From: Marsupella aquatica
Taxonomy: Eukaryota; Plantae; Marchantiophyta
NCBI GenBank assembly: GCA_973895155.1
Contig: OZ316891.1
Location: 25,109,899 to 25,173,898 of the forward strand
DNA: 64,000 bases
Reading direction: 5' to 3'
Shown here piece after piece: positions 37,656 through 49,759 of the stretch (its first letter is position 1; every line of letters starts with the position of its first letter). The notes below the pieces were generated by a model. The model had not been told where the DNA came from. It was given only the letters and a program-made list of their open reading frames with translations, and ran no database searches. The position numbers were made by a program, and so were the translations under genes.

Positions 37656-38207
37656 TCCTCACTCTTCATCATTCACTCCCCATCTCATTCACTCCCTGTT
37701 ATTCCTCACGCATCCTCGCTCTTCCTAGGTCCCCTCCGCTCTTTGTCCCAGTCTTCCAATCACGTTGGCTTTCCTCTCTTCCACTTATTCTTGGCAAGTG
37801 TGGCCGTGTGCCCTGGTTTGCGAAGGTGTTTTGAAGGCTTCACCTTGGCGGCGGTCGAGTCTCGTAGTTTCAAGCTCTGTGCTGGTTGGCAAAGGTGATT
37901 TGAAGGTCTTAGTTTGGTTTGAGCTCGGCAGTGGTCGACTCTCAAAGTTTCAAGCTTTGTGCTGCAAAGGGTGATTTGAAGGTCTCAGTCGGCGGTGGTC
38001 GAATCACTCTCAGTGGGTTGTAGTTTCAAGCGCGGCGCTTCACCCATCTCCGAGGTTGGAAATTTTGTTCACTGCATGACTGTCTACACGATTTGAATGT
38101 ATGTTGCAAGCTTGACATGTCAAAACTTTTGCTCGGCGGGGCTCGCCAAGATGTATGGTTATTGTGAAGTAATTCTTGAATGTTTTCTCATGTAATCTTA
38201 GATCACA

Positions 38208-41200
38208 ATGGTGAAGAGGAAAGACTCGGCTGGTTCTGTCGCTGGACCTGTTGATAGCGGAACTTTTCAGCGGAGTAAGAAACAATGGTCTTTGTCCCCT
38301 TCGCCAGTGACATCTCGACTAACACGCTCACAAGGTGGTCCCCTTGTGGAGTCAGTGGACTCAAGGAGGAAGTTTGAGCCAAAGCAAATATCGTTCGAGC
38401 CAATAGGAGCAGCGGAATTAGCAGATATTGCAGAGAAGGGAGCTTGGGAGTTGATCGTCTCCAAGTATGAGATGAAGTTTGAAAAAGATCCTCCCCGGAT
38501 CCCCTTATGCCGGCTCATGCCAATGGAGGCCGTCAGGAATCTTCATGATGAGTCAGTGGTCAAACTAAAAAAAGGATTCAGAGAGAGCGGCTATGTTGTA
38601 AAGCTCAGCGAGTTCCACATCACTGAGTTCAATGAAGCAGGGGAGACGAGGACAGTGGCAGAGTTCAAGCCCTATTGGGACTCGCTGTGGACTGAAATCA
38701 ATGAGCAGTTTGAGCAAGAGTGCGATGCGTCAGAGGACTTCAAAATGCTCAAGGACAAGATGGTTTTGGGTTTTTGACGGAAACCATAGGTACACAGCTT
38801 GGTCTGCAGTTGCGGAGGAGTTTCCAGATCAACCGCAGTACCATCCGTGTGTCAGATTCTCTCTTTTGAACGCTGGAAAGGACGGATTCAAGAAGGTTGA
38901 GCAAGCAATGCATGCTCTGAACTTGTAAGTAACTCACATTTTGCAACAACAGGTATACAATATTGTTTCCCTTGTGTGAATACCCTATTGGCAATCTGTC
39001 AAAGATTGCCTTGTTTGAATGTTAGACCTAAGAACATTCTTTGCCGTGTCCAGGATAAGCGTGACTGTCATGAGGACGTCATGGTTCAATGACGCCGATC
39101 GGGTGGCGAAGCTGTTGAACAATCCATTGGAGGAGTACAGTTTGCTTATGTCCAAGGAGACGCTGGAGGGTTTCCTCAAGGCTCGAAATCGTGGCCACGG
39201 GAAGACTTGGTACTCCAAGAACATGACAAAAGAGGCAGCTGTGTACATCATGAGCTGGTCAAACATTGAAGCGGGGCGAATCAATATTTCAAAGGAAATG
39301 GCACAAGACGCAGGTCGTGGGCACCCGTGGAATGCCAAGAGACTTGAGCATGAGACTGAGGCAATGATTACTGCTGCGTGCAAGAGCTGGGACACTAAGT
39401 TCCCCAAGCTTGCAGCCTGCGTGAATCCAACCAATGGTTTGGAATTCATCCTGGCATGTCGACAGCTCTATCACAAGTTGGCAAAGGAGGCCAAGCAGGG
39501 TGTCATGAATGTGCAGGTTGGATTGGACAGGATCCGCTTGTTTTCTGGGCCTTGGTTAAATGCAAAGTGCAGATTAAAACTCCTTGAAGGCTCATTTTGG
39601 AACGGAGGAAGATAGGAGTAGGTATCACCATCCACGTAGCAATAGTGATTCAGCGGTTAGATCATGGCTAGCAATGTGGTCAATGTGGTGTTACATCGAC
39701 TACGTTGGTTGTATCTTGTTGACCAATTTTGCTGAGAAGGCCTACCAGCCTGGCAATTTTAGCGGAACGCAAGAGGAATTTGCTGAGCTTTATAGAAAGC
39801 TTTACCGATCTTATGTGCAAGAGAAATCCTTAAAAGTAGGCGGTGACATTTGGAATGAAGGGAATACCAAATTGGCATTTTGGGAAGCGTGGATTAAGCA
39901 AACAAAGTGGTGCGTGACAAGATTTCTCATACATCAGGAGAACATGAACATCTCATACATGTTGAAACAACTACCATTGGTGATTAGATCTTGGATGGAG
40001 GCTACAGGTAGCCTTAGCATGTATCCATGTGATGGTAGCATGCCTCATGGCAGAGTATTCTCAGAGTGGGAACGGAGGAACTGCCCATGGTACATGGAGT
40101 ATGACAATTGGAACACTTTTCTCGAGGTTGCCGAGAAGGATAGTGCAGACCTGCTCAAAGAAGCACAGGAACCTAGTAATTACTATGATATAACAAAGTT
40201 GCGACAACTGTCAGATTCAGTAACGGAGGCAACAGAGGTGGAGACCCTTATCCCAACTGACCCTGCCTATGACGGGAAGAAGGCCAGAAAAGAAGGTGAA
40301 CGGAAGGTTGACAAGGAACCATTGAGCGACATCAGTCAGTCTGACTCGCTAACCAGTCCAAGAAAAACATCAGGTATTACTCGATTCCTTTTGCATTGCA
40401 TAGTGGTTTCATTTGGAACTACATCTTGGCTGGGTTTGCTAACATAGTACTGAACCAATTTCGGGGTCGTTGAGATAGACTGCATCTCATCTTGGCGAGG
40501 CTCGCTGAGAACAAACAAGTTTTAGTTGCATCTTGTCCAAACCCTTGGATCTCATCTCGGCAAGGCTTGCTGAGATGAACAGCCAAATGTCGTCTGGACC
40601 TTTGCAGATGAAGTATAATGTCAAGTGTCTGGATGTCATGTCGGCGAGGCTCGCGGAGAAGCTTAGGATCAATAACCCCATTGCTTTGCAATCTATCCAG
40701 GTATGAAGGAGATACCGGAGGAACCAGGTTTTGTAAAAAGCAAGGCTGTAGAAGTGGCTTCAAAGCCAATTATAGAGAAGGCTCCACAGCCAACAATAGA
40801 GTCGGCTACAGAACCAACTGCAGAACCAACAATAGAGCCGGCTACACTACAACAAGGCAACCAGCAAGTGGAGCAACAAAGCGTGCAGCCTTTGACAGAG
40901 CCAATGGTAGACCAGCCTCTGGACCAACAAAGCGAGAAGCAACAAGAGCATGACGCATCCCAGGGAGAGAACGCAACCCAAGGAGGGGATCATTCAGATG
41001 ACGTACGGGTAGATAACGAAGGAGAAGATGAACGGGTAGAGGACGAAGGAGAAGACAAACGGGTAGAGGACAAAGGAGAAGACGAACAAGAGGGGCGTGA
41101 GTCTAATACTCTGGCGCCAAAACGGATGCCATTATCCTCAAGGCCGAAGACAAAGGCTGCAAAAAAGACCAAAACAACGAGGCCCAAACCTCGCCGCGCA

Positions 41201-42453
41201 AAAGCACGTGACACTGAGCTTGAAGACATTCCGCCCAGCCCCATAGAGCAACCCCCGCCTAGCACCATACCACAACCCCCGCCCAGCCCAATAGAGGTTC
41301 CGCCCACGACAATCCAACATGAGGCCCCAACGGATGGCCCAAATTACGAAGAGGACGTTGAAGGAGAACCTGAGTCGGATGGCACAGAGGTGGTTGGAGT
41401 TCGGTGTTCAAGCGCCGATAACTTTTCTTCCCCGCTCAGGCATTGTTATTTTAAATGGTCTCCGTATCTTTTCAAAACTTACTTTGACGCTGCCAATGAC
41501 AGTAAAGAACCGGCTGTGGTACTCCGTTTTAGAGACTGGTGCAGAAAGCTTAGGCGGGGTGGTTTGGCTGCAGAAGGCTGGCTAAAGAACGGGAAGCCTA
41601 CAAGGTCTGGTGCAAATCTGATTCTGATTCAAATGGGATCAGACACCCGCATGCATGTGGATGGGAACATCCCATTGTGGAATTTGTTCCGGCCAGACGA
41701 CCTCAGTCGGGTTGAGGATTTTGTGTGAGTTTTCCTCGATGATGAGGGATTGTTTGGCATAGTGCACAGTGCTTCGGTTGCCCACTCCGCAGTACTTTGT
41801 GACAGTCTCAATTACGAAGAGACCAATTGGGTGCTGAAAGACACCTTTTTCATCTGGAACGCCACACCCACCTTTGACTTCACGACTCGAAAGCGGGTAA
41901 GTCTTATAGATTTAACTCCATTCTTGTCTTATGTTCTTTCGGTGACTTGTACTCAGAAAGACTCATCACTGACTTTGTTCAGTACCTCCAGAGTGAATAT
42001 CTCAAGCTGGACCTTTGGGGATTTAAATCGTCTGCCGAGGTATGCCCAAAGGATGACGTGAAGCCAATCAGTGTCGAGCTTGATATGAAGTTGAGGAACG
42101 GGCTAACTAACTATACAACGGGTCAAAATGAGACCATTGATGATTTTGGTGGCACCTTGTCTCCAGCTACACTCCAATGTATAATAGAATATACAACTAA
42201 GCTAGGGGGAACTGTTGTCACGTTCAATGCACACTTCGGGGCTATCTTTAAGGCTGGTGAGAATTGTGGGCGGATGGTCTTTGGGATCGAATCCTATCCG
42301 TACTTCAAATCTTATGTGGAACACACGATGACAGAGTTCGTTGGAGTGCCTCTAACGGAGCAAGAGGAGGCAGTGGATCGTCGAAAATCCAATCCAAAAA
42401 AGCGCAAGAAGAAAAAGCCTTCATGTGAGTTTACTACCGTTTCCCTTCAATGA
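38208..42453 (+). pseudogene. Multi-exon gene: ParB/Srx-like domain, helical region, acidic/Pro-rich linker, beta-class N4/N6 DNA-MTase-like domain
   Basis: RIPLCRLMPMEAVR...VVKLKKGFRESGY...FWVFDGNHRYTAW (ParB signature, +1 frameshift at ~38763). In-phase introns at 38925-39053 and 40374-40700, and another from ~41897. C-terminal SPATLQCIIEYTTKLGGTVVTFNAHFGAIFKAGENCGRMVFGIE resembles MTase motifs X-I-II. Further frameshift at ~39600 and stop at 41726-41728. Confidence 0.65.
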
Positions 42454-42965
42454 TTTTAATATTGTCCCATAGTATTTCAGCGGACTCGCCGAGATGGCTC
42501 TCCATCTGGGCAAATCCATCTCGGCTTACCTCTCCGAGATGCATGTCGGCCGGCCTAGCCGAGAGGATCGCATCTGGCCCGGGCACTTTGAGATTTACTG
42601 GAAAGTCCCTCTCAGCTGGCCTCTCCGAGATGCATGTCGGCGGGCCTCGCCGAGAGGAACTGCATCTGGCCCGGGCATATTCAGATTTCCAGGCAAGTCC
42701 ATCTCAACAGGCCTCTCTGAGATGCATGTCGGCGGGCCTCGCCCAGATGAATCCCGAGTGGCCTGGCCACGTCAACTTCTATTGGCAAGTCCACGTAGGG
42801 CCTTAGATGCGTCTGGAGGGACAAAAATACATCTTGGCTAGCCTCTCTAAGATCTATCTCGAAAGGCGACTCAATGGATTATCTGGGGTGTCCACATGGG
42901 CTCACTTGCCTCAAATTTGTTCTTGTGATCCGTCTATTTTGGCGCAATACATGATTCGATTTAAG

Positions 42966-44122
42966 TATAACTTAGTAGCAGTTCCCGACAGGACCACTGA
43001 GTCGGCAACCGAGGAATGGGACACACAGGACAGACGACTTGTGAAGCTTGCTTGGGAGGAAGCTTTGGCATTATTCTCTCCGGAGAAGTCAAGCCTACCG
43101 TGCTATGCTGATACGTATCATGAAGAAAGAGTTGCTCATTTTGTGAAAGAGAGAACAAGGAAGACTCTCAAATTTGTCAATGATAGGGCAGAAGAGGCTG
43201 AATCGGATGAGAGTAGCTTGGTAGGAAGTGATAGTGATAGTCTCCAAACTCACCATGCAAGCATAAGTTTGTCAAGCTCCAATTCCGAAGAGTAATTTTT
43301 GGGTGAATTTACCTTCATTGCAGCTCAGAAGCAAACTGAGCCACAACAACCAGTTGACGAGGTAGTGACTGCCCAGCAAGGAGTCAATCAGGGGGTGCCT
43401 GTGCACCAACGACTGAATCAGGGGGTGCCTGCACAACGACATCAACCCGCCATACTTGCGACCATAGTCAAAGAAGCATTGGACTCCAACAGGGACCAAG
43501 ATGAAGTCCTAGTCAGCCTCAGCGACTTAAAATTGAAGAGAAAAGATTTCAAATGCTTGAGGGCAAAAAAATGGCTCACTTGTGACATCATCAATGCTTA
43601 CATTCCTCTATTGGAGCATAGAGCAGAGGTCATTGCAAAACCCAAATGCATGCTTTTGCCCACACATTTTTACAATGTCTTGACGCATCCTGCGTACACC
43701 TTCAACGCAGTGTTGGCATTTGTGAAGGGCATTGACGTCTTTTCATTCGACCTCATTCTAATCCCCATCCACAGGCCAAAACATTGGGTACTAGCTGTGG
43801 TCAATTTTACTTTGCAGCAACTACATTTGCTCGATCCCATTGGAGGCGAAGCATCGGAATGCGACAATTTGGTGAATGTCGTCGGTTTCTCCATGACCTG
43901 TCCCGCTTGCGCAGTTGTCCCCACTTATCGCCATTACAATGGCAACGCATCATCCGCGACGATATTCCAGCCCAACCCGATAGTTACAATTGTGGAGTAT
44001 ATGTCATAATGTACATGGAGCGTCTTTCTAGCGGCTCTGTATTGGCGGTTGACCCTAAACATGTACTGCTTATACGACAAACGATTATTGTAGACCTAAT
44101 CTGCCAGACGATCAGTTTGTAG
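42966..44122 (+). pseudogene. Ulp1/SENP-family C48 peptidase region, possibly the last exon of the ParB-MTase gene
   Basis: WLTCDIINAY...THFY...LILIPIHRPKHWVLAVV...LLDPIG and, after a frameshift at ~43880, PAQPDSYNCGVYV (H-D-Q-C intact). 42807-43295 is in the same frame, separated by one stop. Confidence 0.85.
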
Positions 44123-45039
44123 ATAGAGGATCGATGGATTGCCTTTGTGAATTCAATTTGTGAATATTTCACAACAGAGCAACATGTTGTATACGAAGTA
44201 AAATAAAAATTTCCTCCAAAGGTTATGTTCTGGTCCTGTACTTTCTACGCTCGACCCCGTGTTGTTTTTCAATGTCATGCCGAGCTCTCCTGGATAAGTC
44301 GGCGAGGGTCTTTGAGATAAGTCTTTGAAAGGGACGTGTTGTATGGACTCTGTTGTACGATGTGTTGTATGGATCCTTTTTGAGATTTAGTAGCGACACC
44401 CCATGATATATCAAAGACCCTGTGTGAGAAGTTTTTTTTCCCTCAAATTTCAGTTGAATCTTGGCGGGGCTCGCTGAGATTCAACTGAACTTCAAGGAAA
44501 TCTCAGAGAGGCCGCCAAGATTGAAACTTTATATTCTCCTTCAATGTCAGAGAGGCAGCCGACATAAGAAATGGTCGAAGTAAAGTACCCGATCCAACCT
44601 CAAAGAGGCGCCGACAATGGCGCGGACTGCGATTGGGTTGTGGATTGGGTTGTGCCCCAGAAGAATTCATCTCAGCTGATTTGTTGAGTTCCGGTGTTGG
44701 ACTGATATCAGTCACTGATGAAACTCACTGATAATTGATGAAGTACACGACCCCTTGTCGTCGTCTTGACAACAAGTACCATAAATTGGCATACTTATGT
44801 TGTCAGATTTGGAAATAGGACCCTTGGGTCAACCTTTCACGATGAGTGTTGTGACCTTCACATTGAGGCGCATTTTGTAAGGACATATTTAATTAAACAA
44901 GTCCTACCCATGTGCAGCGAATATAATACGGCCCGAGTCCTAATCGTCAAACTGTCGTGCAAGGTTGGTATTGTGGATATCTTCGGTTAAACCTGGTGAT
45001 TGAAGGTACTTTTATTGGTGGTTTTGGTAGCTCTACTTA

Positions 45040-45577
45040 ATGGCTGCATTGGAGAACCTAATTGTTGCTAAGATGGCATCCGTATTAGCCCATGGCATCC
45101 GTATTAGCCCATGAGCGTAGGAAATATATTCGAGGAAAAGTGCCCGGTGTGGAATGCGGAAGTTTGTTGAATGGATTTCCTGATCAACTGGTTGAATCTC
45201 ACATTTGGCCTCTCTTGGCATTGTCTTGCACACAAGATGAACACCTTGGCCATGACCTAAAACTTTTACCCGAAGAACAACTGACTCGAATGAGAACAAT
45301 CATTTGTCTTGGAGCCACCTCAAAGAAATGGAACCATCTTGTTGTTGGTACACAATTTTGGGCATTACTGAAATACGCAGTCCGTGAGATTAATGACATA
45401 AACAAAATGCTTGCAAGCATTCCTAATGCCGACCTTCTCTCAAACCTACATATTGCTAGGGTCTTCCGAGAGGAAACTCATTTCCTCCCTCCCATAGATA
45501 TGCTTGGGTGCTTTTCGTATGACCAATTAGATGCGTTTCTTAGAGCAAACCACCCACTGAAAACAATTGACTACTAA
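45040..45577 (+). pseudogene. F-box-like protein C (related element family)
   Basis: LLNGFPDQLVESHIWPLL...LGATSKKWNHLV...FWALL aligns with genes A and B. A 19-bp tandem duplication (ATGGCATCCGTATTAGCCC) disrupts the 5' frame. Confidence 0.6.
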
Positions 45578-45936
45578 ATTGACCAAAGGAATGAGGAGTG
45601 CGATAAATTTATCGGATGTTCATAGCAATGCCTCATTCACTCAGACTCGTCCATGCCATGCAAGAATTGTCCGCTTCCCGCTTTCTCCAAGATTCACCCA
45701 AACTCTCGAGAAGAGCTTGTAAAGAAACACTTTGAATGTAAATGACACTGCCTCACCTGACTTCGGGTTGTGTGGTCTAGAGTGTAGTTTTTTGCGCATC
45801 TACGGACGATTAGCTGACAAGTGCATTGGCTTCACAACCCATTATACAAGGTACTATAAAGTTGGAATAAACTTGTACAATTGTAATGAGTATGTTCTCC
45901 AAAATGTATTCCTGATTTCTATTCGCTGATCAGGCC

Positions 45937-46455
45937 ATGCTCGAGCGACGCATTTTTGTACCCTTTGTGGATCCTCCAGAATGGGGGAATGGCGCCATGA
46001 TGGACCAGCTAAGGAGGCTGGATGAATCACTAATTTTAAAGATTTGCAGGCTGGTCGCAAAACCATTTTATAATAATGCATTTCACTTCTACGTAGACCA
46101 GGTAGGGGGAGAAATTTATATCCGATGGGATAGATATGTTGCATTTTCTAGAAGAGTTATCCTGCTCTTTCTGAAAACTGGTGCAGTAAAATGTTTTATA
46201 CTGCACTGTTGTCATGTTGTGAAGGGCAATCCTGCGTATGAACCAGAATTCTATGCCCACAGCAGACATAGAGCATTCGATGAGATTCAGGATGTGATTG
46301 ACCAGCTGGACAATCCTCTTGCCACCAAGTTTTTGATTGACACTGGTGGGAAGTTATATTTGTACAGGACTCGTCAACTCCCCCCTCGGCCTCTTTGTGC
46401 ATTATTTAGGTTAGTTTATGTATCTTGTTTATGGACAAATGGTGAGATGTGTTAG
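45937..46455 (+). CDS. Hypothetical protein (172 aa), probable transposon cargo
   Basis: ATG-initiated ORF with protein-like composition next to gene C; no family recognised. Confidence 0.35.
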   Translation: MLERRIFVPFVDPPEWGNGAMMDQLRRLDESLILKICRLVAKPFYNNAFHFYVDQVGGEIYIRWDRYVAFSRRVILLFLKTGAVKCFILHCCHVVKGNPAYEPEFYAHSRHRAFDEIQDVIDQLDNPLATKFLIDTGGKLYLYRTRQLPPRPLCALFRLVYVSCLWTNGEMC

Positions 46456-48913
46456 TGTCACGCGATTGACATGGGTCTTAACACCAAAAATGTCACTATG
46501 GGTGCCAAAACCATCTCCTTGTACCTGAGGATCATGAAGGGATGTTGCGAAGGCTGGTAAACACCAATTTATGCCCTTAACACCAGACTATCATAGCAAG
46601 ACTCTATCACACATCACCCAAGCTCAATCCCAAAGAACCAAGGTTGGGGATCAGGTCTGCGCTCATGATAGTTCTGGTGAGAAGGGGTCTTCATATTAGG
46701 CCCGTACACACAGGGCCTAGCACTATGGTGCGCATAGATCTATACGTATGCTTACTGTCATAGGTATGTTTCTATTCCGCCGCCGGAATGTACCCATAAA
46801 CTAGTGACTCCTGACTGATTCCCGGCTTAGGGACTTCTAAGCCATTGCCCCACCACTCTGCCATTCCACTCTCAGCAATCAGAGCTATGACAGTCCTCAC
46901 CCAGCCCGCTTCAATGCACCCTGTACACCTCTCAATGACACTGCTAGTCCCATCATACACTCAGATTGCCTCACACACACACACACATCCATGAGAGAAA
47001 TGAGGCCTGAGAGGAAAACTCAGTTAGATTCAAAGATGTGCACAACAGTTCACTGAGAACACTTGATCCGAACACTAGGCCCGAAGGCTGTCTCCTCCAG
47101 ATTACGACGTGCTTGCCCTGCAAGCCCCATGCTTGCCATGCAAGCTCAATCCTGAACCTGAGCCCGGCTCACTCCAGATTGCGACGGCAGATTGGACTCA
47201 AACCAATCCCGTACTTGCCTTGCAAACTCAATCCTGAACTCAACCTCCTTCACTGCACTTCATTCTTGGGGGCACATACAGATCTCACACCTCCAATTCA
47301 GAACGTCAAGTTACGCATACATAGTTGACTCGACTTCAAAGTTGGTACCAGGCCTAACGGCGATCTACCCCAGACTGCAATGAGGCCCGGCCTCACGCTT
47401 GCCCTACAAGCTCCGCTCTGGCCATAGATCCCTTAGTGCTCTCCACCAGACAAAGGCCGGGACTCCCCATGGATCACGTAGCCTTGCCAGACTGAACTGT
47501 AAATGCTCCTCCTGCTGCCCCTCAATCAATGTCTCAGCCTCCCTAATGTGCTCACCACAAATCAAATTGACATCCTCCCCACAGTTTACAATCACCAATA
47601 CATCACCTATCACCAAGGCTCTGTATCGGGGGAAAAGAACCCAGTTGTGCTACCCACTAGAAAGAGCCACAATCCAGCTCGCAAACCTAGCAACCCGTTG
47701 CTGTGAAGCTTGGCTGATTACTCCCTGAGTAATAGCACAACCAAGCTCTCCCCAACACACAGCGTCCAAGTCCAGCCTTGCTTGCACAGAGCTCCTCCCT
47801 GCTGCTCAGTCTAAGAGAGATCACACAACTGATGTCCCCCCCCCTTGCCTCTACCGGGGGGCTGCTCTATATACTCTCTCATTGAGCCCAAATGGGTGGA
47901 TGCTACGCTGCTAGAGCCCCATCCCAGCCCTAACAGAGCCGCCACTATCTCTAACTACTGAACCCTAACTTGCAGCTTTATTTCTATCTCAAATTGGCTA
48001 TGTACTTTGGATTTGGCCCTCCTCCATGGTTTTTGCGAGCTTGCACCTCCTCTCCTGATTTCTCTATTCAACCATTTGCTGCGTGGATAGCAGCGTTGGA
48101 AGCGGCTTGAGCTCCTCTTTCCAACGAGGTCAATTATAGCCGATTTGGTCAAATACACAGAGAGTTATGCCCCTGCAACCGAGAGGGGGTACTCACTGTT
48201 GCGCTAACCCGAGTTACATAGCTAACCTGAGTTCGGCTAACCTAGCTATCCTATCTAACCCGAGTAGAGCTAACCCGTGGTCTCGGGTTAGGCCGCTACC
48301 CGCTATCCGCTATCCGCTAACCTAGCCTAAGCTGAGCCCGAACCCGAGCTTACCTATGCTAACCTGAGCCCAAGTTTAGGCTAACCCGAGTTAAGTCTAA
48401 CCCGGGATCAATCTAGTCCGAACCCGGGTTAAGCATAAGCTGAAGCCGCGCTGACCTGAGCTAAGCTGAAGCCGTGCTTACTTGAGCTAAGCTGAAGCCG
48501 TGCTGACCTGAGCTAAGCTGAAGCCGTGCTCCCCATAAGCTAAGCCGTGGTCGAGCTTGGGTTAACCCGAAACTGAAGCCGAATCCGCTAATTCCGGCCA
48601 CAAGTTAACCCGTCACACTAATCAGGCCGTATCTTTCTTAATACACCTCTGTTTCTCGAGTGTTTTATATCGATTTTACTCGCCTTGACCAGATCTTTCC
48701 AATGCTCTTTACAAATCCGGATTTGGTGACATATTGAAAGAGATATGGTCATCGACCACCCGCGACATAGCTGTTATTTCCCTACTCTTAACGCCATGAT
48801 TGCCCTTATTCTTGCCATCTTGCTAATTGTTATGCAATATCAATAGCTACTCCTTGCATACAGCAACCTACTTAATCAGATTACAAAATAAGGACCATGT
48901 CATTGGCGTTACA
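46456..48913 (-). mobile_element. Solo LTR (2458 bp), non-coding relative of the ORF-bearing LTRs
   Basis: TGT...ACA termini and 5-bp TSD GTTAG (46451-46455 / 48914-48918). Shares two motif blocks with 7710-11545. Confidence 0.9.
48200..48580. repeat. Degenerate minisatellite inside the LTR
   Basis: Repeated CTAACCCGAG and ~30-bp CTGAGCTAAGCTGAAGCCGTGCT units. Confidence 0.7.
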
Positions 48914-49759
48914 GTTAGTGTTGCACAAATGCCTGTTGTGACATTCCGTCACGCCGCTATTCAGTAGCTATAGTTAATCCTGAGACCAGTGCCACAGATT
49001 TTCATTGGCTGTGGGCCTATGATCACATGATCACTCATATACCCCAATGGGTATGATAGCCATGATAGAAAACAGAAAATAGATAACCTGTTACCAGGAG
49101 ATATTTTGCTGTTAACAGTAAAATTTTCCCTGTTACCAGTTTTGCATCAACCATAGCCCTTTGGTCCAAATGAAAAACTACACTAATCACATAATTTTGC
49201 TTTAGTGAATTAGGTTTAAAACAAACAATTATTTTGTGCCATCCGATGGATGAAGAGTACTATCAATCCTCCCTTGCCACAACATTTTGTTGTAGAAGAT
49301 AACTAAACACGGTATTGGGACTATACCCAATGAAACATTCATTCAAATATCACTATTTGTCCAGGCTAAAAAATGACCCTTAGGGTGGGACCCACCATAG
49401 CACAAGTGAAGAGTAGTGTCCAAATAAACTCAATCAAAATGAATTCACTTAAATGGACCGTGTACCGTGACAAACAAATGACAAAACACCTCCTAGCGAC
49501 AACTATATTTTTCATAATAATTGAATAAACGCGGCTTTAATGATAAAAGAGAATGATATCCACTTACACATTTTAGATAAAACATGTTGTAATGCTTACA
49601 CTACACGCATACATAATAAAGCAAGGAAAGTAAGAGTTTCTAGAAGCAGCACCTGGCGCTAACCAAAAATTCTGAATAAAACAAGTAAAATATCAGTTGG
49701 CTAAAGACAAAATAGTGACTATCCGTTATATTGAACGACCTATACGTAAGTTTTGGCCT

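Larger units (their letters stand above)
15732..44746. mobile_element. Giant Mutator-like (MULE) DNA transposon with cargo genes, copy 1
   Basis: Inverted termini GTACATCATCAGTTATCAGTGACTGATATCAGTC (15732-15765) and its complement with a 13-bp insert (44700-44746). Contains a MULE transposase and Ulp1, with a family palindrome throughout. Gene order is repeated in the copy at 54386. No TSD found. Confidence 0.75.

Noticed and set aside
41600-42300. Calling the MTase-like region an active 4mC/6mA methyltransferase
   Set aside because: The catalytic (D/S/N)PPY and FxGxG motifs are not recognisably intact and this copy has stops and frameshifts. Only fold-level similarity is claimed.
44710-44730. 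CTGATGA-AAC as a hammerhead ribozyme core
   Set aside because: There is no stem II or flanking helices, and it is part of the TIR reiteration.
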